This document shows positions 53,424 through 64,000 of a stretch of 64,000 bases of DNA, in pieces. Both the position numbers and the translations under genes were made by a program. The notes beneath the pieces were generated by a model. It saw only the letters and a program-made list of their open reading frames with translations. It ran no database searches and was not told the DNA's origin. The stretch is from Eledone cirrhosa. Taxonomy: Eukaryota. Location of the stretch: the NCBI GenBank assembly GCA_964016885.1, contig OZ024747.1:13082001-13146000 (forward strand), written 5' to 3'. How positions within the stretch are numbered: the first letter of the stretch is position 1; every line of letters begins with the position of its first letter.

Positions 53424-56280
53424 AACCTAACTATCTGTAACACTAACTTCAAAAAACGAGACAATCACTTGATCACATAAAGATCGGGGGAGCACACAAG
53501 CCACGTAGATTATATCCTTACCAGAAGACGTGACGGAGTGTCTGTTGTTAACACTAAATCCCTCCCCCATGAAGAATGCACCTCCCAACATAGACTGATA
53601 ATTAGCGACCTCATAGTCAGGACGAGACGTACTAGACAGCAGAAGAGAACTATCCTCAGGAGAAAAATATGGAAGCTAAAGGACCCCATAGCCAGAAATA
53701 AATTTCAAAGCATATTACTTGATGCTTTCGACAGTAAGGAAGAGCAATTAGAGTCGTATAATATAGAGGAACAGTGGGAATTCCTGAAAGCAAACCTGCT
53801 GACGGCGGCAGACGAAGTCTGTGGCTGGAGCAGGCCTGTAGGTAGGAGGAGAGTAACATGGTGGTGGAACAGTAAGGTGGAGGAGTCAATTAAGGCCAAA
53901 AAGCAGGCTTGGAAAGTATGGCGGGATGGGGGGAAGTAGAGAAGACTATCAAGTGGCCAGGAGGGAAGCTAGGAGACAAGTGTACTTCGCAAGAGGGGAA
54001 GCAGAGGAAAGAAAGTTCAAGCATGTTCTACAACGTGAGGACCAAAAACGTGAGGTGTTCAGGATTGCTAGGCAATGTGTCAAGGAAAACCGTGATATTG
54101 TCGGGGAGAAGTGTGTACTTAATGATGATGGCATACTTGCCATCACTGACGCTGATAAGAAGGTAGCTTGGAAGTGTCACTACGAAAGGCTTCTAAATGA
54201 GGAGAATAAATGGGAGAAAGACAGTCTCCCCCACATCGACCCAATAGAGGGACCAGCAGTGTTAGTCGAAGGTAGTATAATAAGTAAGGCAATCAAAGAT
54301 ATGAAGACGGGTAAGGCGGCTGGGCCTTCGGAAATAGTTGCTGAGATGCTGAAAGCCTCTGGAACGGTGGGACACACCATGGTCACCCGGATAGTAAACC
54401 AAGTCATACAGAATGGGGTTGTTCCGAAGGACTGGCATAGCAGCATCATCATTAACTGTTACAAGGGTAAAGGAGATGCCCTAGATAGGTGTAACTATAG
54501 AGGCATTAAATTAATCGACCAGGTCATGAAGGTCACGGAAAAAGTAATAGCGCAACTAATCAGAGAGAGAATTGATCTAGATGAAATGCAGTTCGGGTTT
54601 GTGTCAGGCAAAAGTACCACAGACACTCTTTTCATTGTACGACAACTACAGGAGAAGTACCTAGCTAAAAGTAAACCCCTATACTTAGCTTTTGTTGACT
54701 TGGAGAAAGCCTTCGACAGAGTCCCCCGTTCCATTATCTGGTGGGCTCTTAGAAAACTAGGTGTTGACGAATGGCTTGTGATAGCTATACAAGCCATGTA
54801 TAAAGAAACAGTCAGCAAGGTTAGAATTAACAACGAATATAGTGAAGAGTTTAGCGTAAAAGTTGGTGTCCATCAGGGCTCTGTTCTTAGCCCCCTACGA
54901 TTTATTATTGCTCTTCAGGCTATAACAGTGGAGTTCAAGACCGGCTGCCCATGGGAACTCCTATACGCAGATGATCTAACGCTCATAGCTGAATCAATGA
55001 CCGAACTAGAGAAGAAATTCCAAACATGGAAGCACGGCCTAGAATCAAAAGGCCTTAAAATTAACCTGGCTAAGACTAAAGTTCTAGTTTGTAGGAAAGA
55101 AAATAAGGCGGCGGTCCCTTCCGGGAAATGGCCATGCTCAGTGTGTAGGAAAGGCGTAGGTAGAAACTCCATTTTATGTCCCAAATGCAAAGTATGGGTG
55201 CATAAAAGATGTAGTGGGATCACAGGTAAGCTAACTAAGAACATAGATTTTACATGTGGCCGGTGCTCTGGTGCAATAAGTAGCAGCAAGTGCCCACAAA
55301 ATACTAGCTCTTTCAATTGCGCAGAGGGTTCTATAGAAATAGTGGACAGCTTCCGTTACCTGGGTGACAAAATCAGCAGTGGGGGAGGGTGCTCTGAAAG
55401 TACAGTAGCTAGAGTCAGAACTGGATGGAAAAAGTTCAGAGAGCTTATACCACTATTAGCCGCTAAAGGGTTCTCCCTAAAAATGAAAGGCAGGTTATAC
55501 GATGCCTGCATACGAACAGCAATGCTGCATGGCAGTGAGACCTGGGCATTGTGTGCAGAGGATATACGCAGACTAGAGAGGAACGAAGCTTGCATGCTCC
55601 GCTGGATGTGCAATAGTAATATACGTGAACGGCTAAGCATAAACGAACTAAGGAAAAAATTAGAAATAAGAGGGATCAGATGTTGTTTACTCGAGAGAAG
55701 GCTACGTTGGTATGGTCACGTGATGTGCATGAAAGACGACAGCTGTATAACAAAGTGCAGGGCAATAAAGATAGACGGTAGCCACGGAGTAGGCAGACCC
55801 AGAAAAACCTGGGACGACATGATAAATTCCGACCTCACACGCTTACACCTCTCCAAGACAATGTCACTGGACCGAGACCTTTGGCGGTACTCAGTAATAG
55901 AGAAGACCCGCCTTACCTAAATACAAAGTAAAACCTACTACAGTCAGTAGGCATCTCTATCACCCCCCCCCATCCACACCGCCCCTTTCAATGTAAAGTT
56001 ATGTTGGTGCCACAACATCCAGGCCGAAACAAATGAGATCGTGTAGGTGTCACGACAAAAAAACACACAGTCCACACTGTAAATGTGGCCGTGTAGGCAA
56101 CACAGTAAAAACCTCCCAGCCCCACACTGTAAACGTGGTTGGTGTTAGGAAGGGCATCCAGCTGTAGAAAACCCGCCAGACAGTCCTATGCGAGCAAGAC
56201 AACCACTCTTGCCTCAAGTGGGAAAACCCCCGTCCAAACCCATGCAAGCGTGGAACACGGACGCTAAACCTTGATGATGA
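53424..56280 (+). mobile_element. Near-intact 5'-truncated RTE LINE (family A2): APE C-terminus, RT, internal PHD-like finger, 3'UTR, (TGA)n tail
   Basis: NTNFKK..HLIT*RSG..VDYIL..SQHRL; RT motifs NYRGIKL, QFGF, FVDLEKAFDRV, GVHQGSVLSP, LYADD (54961), FRYLG; stop at 53478 and one frameshift near 53930. Confidence 0.97.
53926..55920 (+). CDS. Uninterrupted RTE reverse transcriptase reading frame (664 aa, part of a disrupted ORF)
   Basis: All RT motifs present in one frame. Confidence 0.9.
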   Translation: MGGSREDYQVARREARRQVYFARGEAEERKFKHVLQREDQKREVFRIARQCVKENRDIVGEKCVLNDDGILAITDADKKVAWKCHYERLLNEENKWEKDSLPHIDPIEGPAVLVEGSIISKAIKDMKTGKAAGPSEIVAEMLKASGTVGHTMVTRIVNQVIQNGVVPKDWHSSIIINCYKGKGDALDRCNYRGIKLIDQVMKVTEKVIAQLIRERIDLDEMQFGFVSGKSTTDTLFIVRQLQEKYLAKSKPLYLAFVDLEKAFDRVPRSIIWWALRKLGVDEWLVIAIQAMYKETVSKVRINNEYSEEFSVKVGVHQGSVLSPLRFIIALQAITVEFKTGCPWELLYADDLTLIAESMTELEKKFQTWKHGLESKGLKINLAKTKVLVCRKENKAAVPSGKWPCSVCRKGVGRNSILCPKCKVWVHKRCSGITGKLTKNIDFTCGRCSGAISSSKCPQNTSSFNCAEGSIEIVDSFRYLGDKISSGGGCSESTVARVRTGWKKFRELIPLLAAKGFSLKMKGRLYDACIRTAMLHGSETWALCAEDIRRLERNEACMLRWMCNSNIRERLSINELRKKLEIRGIRCCLLERRLRWYGHVMCMKDDSCITKCRAIKIDGSHGVGRPRKTWDDMINSDLTRLHLSKTMSLDRDLWRYSVIEKTRLT

Positions 56281-56285
56281 TATAT

Positions 56286-56455
56286 GGGAAAAAGAAGTTG
56301 AAAATACAATTGGAGTTTTTAAGAAGATTTACTTATACATCTCTCCATCCCTCTTAACTTTTGAAAATCCTGAAAATTCTGAAACCAGTAAAGTTATAAG
56401 ATATTGTAAATAAACTTTTTTAAAGACTCCAATTGCATTTTCAACTTCTTTTTTC
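56286..56455. mobile_element. TA-flanked MITE with ~40-bp imperfect TIRs
   Basis: gaaaaagaagttgaaaatacaattggagtttttaa / ttaaagactccaattgcattttcaacttctttttt. Confidence 0.7.
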
Positions 56456-58109
56456 TATATTTTTACCTGTGTAGGATATATTAAAAGAGCCTTGTTTTCG
56501 AATATATACATATATATATATGTGTTTGCTGTCCATAAAAGGAAGTAATAGTATAAAACAAAGGTTAAAATCATTAGTCGAATCTTTCCTTCAAAATTTG
56601 TGGCCTTGTGCCTATGTTACAAATTATTAATGTTATTGTCAGCATGGTGGAGTGTTGAATAAAATGCCATTGTGGTATTTATTCTGGCTCTTAACATTTT
56701 GAGTTCAAATTTTGTCAAGATCAGCTTTGCCTTTCCATCCTTCAGCAAAATAAAGTGTCAATCAACTGGGGTTGATTTCATCAACTTTACCCCCTCCCCA
56801 CAAAAACAATTTGCTGCCCTTGTGCCCAAATTATAATTTATTATTATTATCATCATCATCATCATTACCATCACCACCATCATCATGATCATCATTCAGA
56901 TACTTAGTCTGGTGGGTGAATGTACCATTTTAACAACGACTTACATTTATCTGTGGACAACAATCAATTTTACAAATTTGCTACTGTTTATGGTGATGAA
57001 TAAGCACCTTACAGCAAGCATGTCATAAATAAATTTATATATACACACACAAGTGTTTTTTTACTATAGACTAAAGCTTTGCAAAGGAAATTTGTTAGAT
57101 AGAAACTGCGAAATTTCTTTGGAGGAATGGTTACTATTTTGGAGTAGTAGACTAAGCCATTGTTCAGTTTAAAACTGTAGCTTAGCTTTTAGGTAACATT
57201 TGTAGAGTCTCCTCTGTTGCAAATATTTAGGGTAGGTTTTTGTTTTGATGGTAATTTACCTCCTTCCCACCTTTCAACTCTTCTTCCTTTAACTGAACAA
57301 TTAAAATAGTTCATAGATATGGTTTATTGATATAGAATTCATTTTACACCAATTTTCATAAATTGTTGGATAGAAGAATTTAGAATCAGGGTCAGAGAAT
57401 AATCATCTTCAAATTGGCTGTCTGTAGTTTATAGTTAATCTCAGCAGAGCTTTTAGAGCATGCTTCATTTATCAGTAACCATCGATATACTAGTTGAATT
57501 ATCCTTGACAATTTCTCACAAATAAATGCCATAAATTACTCAGATATTTTACAGTTCTTCATTTACTTTATTGCTATATTTACTTTTTAAATTCAACATA
57601 AAATATTGTTGTATTGTTTTATAACTATCGTATGAAAATAGATGAAAGTAAACTGATGTGTTGACTGGTGTCAGTATTTGTGATATGTTTAGTCAGACAT
57701 AATAGATATGACCTTCAGATAATTGAAGTTTAAATTGGAATGATTTGCATTTTGATACTCTCCATCCTGAAAATTGACATTTCTTAGGGGAGGACTTGAT
57801 ATTTATTCTATAGAATTAATCACATTTTTATACTCTGCACATTCTGAAATAAACTGAATTAATTAATACAAAAAAATTAAATCACTAATATTTTCAAGAT
57901 GTTCTGTTAGTAAATATTAAATTTTTATTCTTCTCACTAAAATATAGTATATTTACTTTCCCTTAGAGAGCGGTAAGTAGTAGACAAAGTAGAGCATTGT
58001 ACAAAATGCCTTGTGGTATTTAGTTATGTTTCTTTATGTTTGCATTCAAATTTCTACACCTTCATTATTATCTTCCTAATTTTTACTCATTTAACTACTC
58101 TTCCTACAA

Positions 58110-59375
58110 ACAATTTATTCACACTACAGTCTCTACAAATTATCTATTCTTGTCTACACATCTATTTACACTACAGTCTCTACAAATTATCTATTTGCAC
58201 TACAGTCTCTACAGAGTATCTATTCACACTACAATCTCTACAGAGTATCTATTCTCACTACAATCTCTACAGAGTTTCTATTCTCACTACAATCTCTACA
58301 GAGTTTCTATTCTCACTACAATCTCTACAGAGTATCTATTCACACTACAATCTCTACAGAGTATCTATTCACACTACAATCTCTACAGAGTATCTATTCA
58401 CACTACAATCTCTACAGAGTATCTATTCACACTACAATCTCTACAGAGTATCTATTCTCACTACAATCTCTACAGAGTATCTATTCTCACTACAATATCT
58501 ACAGAGTATCTATTCTCACTACAATCTCTACAGAGTATCTATTCTCACTACAATCTCTACAGAGTATCTATTCTCACTACAATCTCTACAGAGTATCTAT
58601 TCTTGTCTACACATCTATTTACACTACAATCTCTCCAAATTATCTATTCACACTACAATCTCTACAGAGTTCTCACTACAATCTCTACAGAGTATCTATT
58701 CACACTACAATCTCTACAAATTATCTATTCACACTACAATCTCTACAGAGTATCTATTCACACTACAATCTCTACAGAGTATCTATTCACACTACAATCT
58801 CTACAGAGTATCTATTCACACTACAATCTCTACAAGCTATCTATTCTTGTCTACACATCTATTCACACTACAATCTCTACAGAGTATCTATTCACACTAC
58901 AATCTCTACAGAGTATTTATTCACACTAAAATCTCTACAGAGTATCTATTCACACTACAATCTTTACAAACTATCTATTCTTGTCTACACATCTATACAC
59001 ATCTATTTACACTACAATCTCTACAAATTATCTATTGTCACTACAATCTCTACAAATTATCTATTCACACTAAAATCTCTACAAACTATCTATTCACACT
59101 ACAATCTCTACAGAGTATCTATTTACACTACAATCTCTACAGAGTATCTATTCACACTACAATGTCTACAAACTATTTATTCACACTACAATCTCTACAA
59201 ACTACCTATTCACACTACAATCTCTACAAACTACCTATTCACACTACAATCTCTACACATTTATTCTCACTACAATCTCTACACATTTATTCACACTACA
59301 ATCTCTACAAATTATCTATTCTCACTACAATCTCTACACATCTATTCACACTACAATCTCTACAAACTATTTATC
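58110..59375. repeat. 29-bp minisatellite (actacaatctctacagagtatctattc[a/t]c), ~40 units
   Basis: Unit starts at 58228 and 58257; translation repeats every 29 aa. Confidence 0.95.
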
Positions 59376-60046
59376 TCATTACAACCATACAATTATATGT
59401 TTCTCTTGCTAGTATCTTTAAAACACTGAAGAGTTTATTGAGATCTCTCATATAATTCATGGTCTTTTAATATTATGATTTACTCGATACTTTGATGAAC
59501 TCTTAAAAGGAAAGTTAGAATACTGTAACGTTTTATCTTTTGTTGTGGAGAGATAAATAAATTTGTTCTGTTGTAATTCAGCTTTTATTGTAAGCTTTGA
59601 AAATATTAATTAAAGTTATTTGTATACTTCTTTTGTTTCCATGTTAGCTTAGGAAAGATAGATCTAAATATTTGGACAGTAGTGTATGTCCTTGAGTACA
59701 TTATTTGACTCTTAGCACTGGTGATATTTAATACATCAAACCATTGTGTAGAGTAATTAGATTATTATTCAAGTATGTTATTCTATGTCTATTAGACATC
59801 ATGCTTAGTTAAGTACAACTTAATATTGATGGAAACGGATATTTGTTTTTAGATATAGCATATTTTAAACATCTAAATTAAAAAAATATTTTTGAGGATG
59901 TGTTAGCTCAATAAATTTATCAGAAATTGAGCAATTAAAATCTTTTTAATATTTTTAATTGTTTCCTAGATAAGCAATTAACTTGAGGTCTTGAAGTGGT
60001 GGAGGTAAAGGGTATATATAATTTCCATAAAGTGTTAGCATGTCAA

Positions 60047-60196
60047 CAAAACACTATATAGTTGACATGTTAGAGGTGTTAGTGTGACAGTCAGCTATCA
60101 GCAACACACTATAAAGGTGACATGTTAGAGGTGTTAGTGTGACAGTCAGCTATCAACAACACACTATAAAGTTGACATGCTAGAGGTGTTAGTGTG
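60047..60196. repeat. 55-bp tandem repeat, ~2.7 copies
   Basis: acactata at 60051, 60106 and 60161. Confidence 0.9.
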
Positions 60197-60535
60197 TGTA
60201 ACTGAATTAGATATCCTATACAAACTACGAAGTTGACACACCTATGTAAAATACGTGATTATACATTTGGGCCTATGACTTCTGATTGTAAACTAGGCTC
60301 TATCAGAGATCAAGTGATAAAATCATTCAAAACTAATTACACACCTAACTCATTCCAACTGAGTAAGGTAAAAACAAATTAGTGAGGAAATATTTAAGTG
60401 AAAATAGAAAATAAAATCCAGATACGATTCCCATTAAGTATTTAAAATTAGCTGAGATTCTTTTTGTGGATTACTTGTAAAGCAAATGAAGATAAAGCAA
60501 TGTATTTTTGAAAAGCTATAAAATAAATGAAATTT

Positions 60536-60887
60536 CATCAACATCATCATTTCATCATTTCATTTTACGTCCGCTTTTTCCCTGCTTGCAAGGGTGGGAC
60601 GGGAATTGATTCTGGCTTGATTTCTACAGCTGGATGCCCTTCCTAACACCAACCTCATTTACAGTGAGTGCTGGGTGCTTTTTTTGCCGTGGCACCTCCA
60701 CGACCACTTCGCAGTGGAATGATAGGGACCCTGGTCCCTATCTACTCATTTCTACAGCTGAGTAAACTGGAGCAATGTGAAATAAAGTGTCTTGCTCAAG
60801 GAAACAACACATCACTCAGTCTGAGAATTGAACTCACAACCTTTCGATTGCAAGGCCAATGCTCTAACCACTAAGCCATGTGCCTCC
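60536..60887 (-). mobile_element. Full-length young CORE-type tRNA SINE with RTE-B tail
   Basis: A box tggcttagtgg, B box gagttcaattc, MIR-like core ccttgagcaagacacttt...ccagtttactcagctgtagaaatgag, tail cccttgcaagcagggaaaaagcggacgt. Confidence 0.92.
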
Positions 60888-62154
60888 ATTTCTGTGTAAA
60901 AATTACTGCTGCTCATATAATAACAGAACCAGGTTTTACATTGAAACTGGAATAAAGAAGCAGAAACTATGATTATATAATAAAGAAATAGTTTTTTTTT
61001 TTTAATCTTTGTGAAGTGTGTGTGTGTGTGTGTGGGGAGGGGGTCTCTTATTTTCCGCAGTCATATTGATGTCTGATATAATTCAAAGCTTTTCATCTGA
61101 GAAATCCAGATGAGGGTCTGGTCAAATGTAAGTGCCTCAGTCTCTTTACAGCTGCCATCAACTGTTCTTCTATAACTTTTATATTGATTGTTGTTAAAGA
61201 GACAGGTAGTCTTTTACCCGTTGTGCTTCCAATGAATAGTTCTTTTTCATTGTTTGTGTTTTTTTGTTGATAGTAGTCAACATAAGGTGGTTTATGTCAA
61301 AGGACTTTTTCAAAGTGTCTTTTAGTTTCTAGGGAGGTACCTAACTATTGCATTTATTCAGGAATAGCTGCTTATATGCAGTTCACATTTTGTTTGGCAA
61401 TAGTAGTCTTCCATTGTAGATATGTATTTAACTCCAAAAGTTGCATCTTGAGGAGCCTGGTTGTGTTACTTGTAAATTATTGCCACTTTGAACAATATAA
61501 TGCTGTTGACAATCTCCCCCCCCCCCCCCCTCCTCACTCTCTCATTTTGTTAGTTGGAAGTGTTCAAGGAAATGTAGTTGAAGTTTCAACATGAAAGTCA
61601 TCAATATCATCACTTTGTAGACAGAGATTTTTGTGACTTTCATACCTGGATCAGTCTATTTTCCCCTTCTTAAACATAATCCCACTCCTATTAACATATC
61701 GACTCTGCTCCAAGATGAAATCATCTACTTATAATCTATTTATCAGACTTTTATATACAAGTATGATAAGCAATGGATTATTGTTAAATTGTTAGATGCA
61801 ATTGTTTTGAGAATATACAATGACATTTTGTAGCAGAGTATTGTTTTAAAGGAATTACTTTAATTCTAATACTTATCCTGATACCTTTTTAAATATATTC
61901 ATGAATAAATTAGTGTCTTCTCTACATAATAGAATAATACAGATCAGTCAAAATCTACATGAACATGCTAATATTTTGAATGAAACATAATTATTATTCA
62001 GATTTTGGATAAATGTTTCTGAGCCTTTATAAGGTTATATTTTTATCTACTATAACAATGATGTTTCACATAATAGAAATAGATCAACTGCTATTAAAAT
62101 ATTACAATTTTCAGCTCTGAATCATCATTAGTTTTAACTTTTTACTCCTTGCAG

Positions 62155-64000
62155 AAAGTGAATCTGTCAAAGCTTTAGAGCTGATAGGTAAAGAGGATAC
62201 TGATGTACGTACCTTTATTGAAGAGAACCAAGCTCATAGAAAACCACAAGTTCATTCTGACCAGTTTGGTGAATCTGATAAGTCTTTTGAGGAGTATTCT
62301 ACAATAAAAAAAGATTTTATTATAGCTCCTGATGTGGATAGTAAAACTTTCACATCAAAAGTTCCAGACAAAGAAGCTATATCAACCTTTCCGTCTCAAA
62401 AAGATGGGAATTATAAAAAGGTAGGGCTACACGATACTAATTCTATAAATACGTTAACTTCACCCCAATCTGATATAAGTAGTTCAGGTATGCAGCAAAA
62501 TATTTCTGAATTAACTGTTCCTGACACACAGCATCCTAATGAAATTGTTGAAGAAAAAATTCACCCAATACAAAGTACACGATTTCTTTTGCAAGGTATT
62601 TCAACAAATGACAGTTCCAAAAGAAAGATATTTGAACAAACCCCATTTACTGAGGATGATGATAAAGCTATCAAAAGTGTCAAGAAATCCATTAAACAGG
62701 ATGGTAGCCTTATCAAGAAACAAGTACAAGAAGAAAAAATGGGATTTATTCTAAAATCTAGATTTCCATCTAATATAAACATATCAAATCAACTTTCACC
62801 AAAAGTTATAGATGGACAAAATAAGGATGTCAAAGAGACAAAGGTCCCTTCTAAGACATCATCAACACCTGGTGATAAACTAGAGAGAGAAAAACAGCCA
62901 TATTCATCTTCAAATGACCCATCAACTAATCTATCAACAAAATACCAACATGATATTGATAGTAAAGACAAATTTCATAAGAAACAAATGAAAGATAATA
63001 CTGCAGATAAACCTGGACTAACAGGTGAGAAGAAAAAGATTGGTGGTAAAATTACTAACAAACAACCTGAAGATGATGAAGAAGAATTTAATCCCTTTGA
63101 TCCATTTTATAGGATTAGAAAAGATACTAAAATATCTCCACATAAAGATGGTTCTGATAAATCTTCTACAGCAAAAGAAGAAAAATCTAAAATTGATGAA
63201 ATAGTTGAGGAAAATATTCAGGTAACAGAAAAACCAAGGTATCCTTTCAAAATTATTCAATCAGATGACAATTCTAGAAGAAAAATATTTGAACAAACCC
63301 CATTTACTGAGGATGATGATAAAGCTATCAAAGGTGTTAAGAAATCTCCTAAAGAGACAGATAACATCAACAAAGTACAAGAAGAAAAAATTTCATTTAT
63401 TTTGAAATCTAGATTTCCATCTGATATAAACATATTAAATCAACTTTCACTAAAAGTTATAGATGGACAAAATAAGGATGTCAAAGAGAAAAAGGTCCCC
63501 TCTAAGACATCATCAACACCTGGTGATAAACCAAATGTTGAAAAGGAATACCCAGAGAGAGAGAAACAGCCATATTCATCTTCAAATGACTCATCAACTA
63601 ATCTATCAACAAAATACCAACATGATATTGATAGTAAAGACAAATTTCATAAGAAACAAATGAAAGATAATACTGCAGATAAACCTGGACTAACAGGTGA
63701 GAAGGAAAAGATTGGTGGTAAAATTACTAACAAACAACCTGAAGATGATGAAGAAGAAGAATTTAATCCCTTTGATCCATTTTATAGGATTAGAAAAGAC
63801 ACTAAAATATCTCCACATAAAGATGGTTCTGATAAATCTTCTACAGCAAAAGAAGAAAAATCTAAAATTAATGAAATACCTAAGGCAACAGAGAAAGCAA
63901 GGTATCCTCTCCAAAATATTCCATTAGATGACAGTTCTAGAAGAAAGATACCTGAACAAACGGCATCTATTAAGAATGATAATAAAGCTATCAAGAAATC
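62155..64000 (+). CDS. Large internal exon of a host gene (>=614 codons, open to window end) encoding K/D/E/S-rich ~220-aa tandem repeats
   Basis: Acceptor ttttaactttttactccttgcag (AG 62153-62154), in-frame stop just upstream (62118), no stop from 62157 to 64000, repeat periods 657 and 663 bp with frame-preserving indels. Confidence 0.88.

Noticed and set aside
57967-57972. 6-nt microexon candidate (cccttag|agagcg|gtaagt)
   Set aside because: The donor coincides with the head of a decayed SINE (cf. gcggtgaattggcag at 51248); unsupported without RNA data
58013-59455. 480-aa repeat ORF or CRISPR-like array
   Set aside because: The 29-bp unit is not a multiple of 3, indels ignore frame, and there are no unique spacers; a plain minisatellite
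61061-61127. Exon-like segment with good splice sites
   Set aside because: Stop codons in all three frames; cannot be an internal coding exon
62539-63994. Short ORFs listed in the track over the terminal repeat region
   Set aside because: Shadow frames of the single long + frame starting at 62157

Overview
AT-rich eukaryotic DNA, most likely a cephalopod/octopus genome (inferred from CORE-type tRNA SINEs with RTE tails, RTE LINEs and very large (TA)n tracts; not verified). The window is mostly intron-like sequence packed with transposon relics. These include an R4/Dong-type RLE retrotransposon split by two RTE insertions, several RTE LINE families (one near-intact 5'-truncated copy at 53424-56280 with a PHD-type finger inside its RT), two SINE families, a rearranged Penelope GIY-YIG element, and Tc1/mariner, hAT and piggyBac-type MITEs. 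Simple repeats include several kb of (TA)n and two minisatellites. The only well-supported host coding sequence is a large + strand exon starting at 62155 and running off the window end. It is absent from the ORF track and encodes ~220-aa tandem repeats, the two complete ones carrying an acidic FNPFDPFY motif. The most unusual signals sit inside the (TA)n tracts: four hammerhead-ribozyme-like motifs, and two sequence-unrelated elements sharing a leader + small hairpin + long terminal hairpin architecture. Most long ORFs in the track are microsatellite artefacts. All alignments and folds were done by eye; no database search was run.
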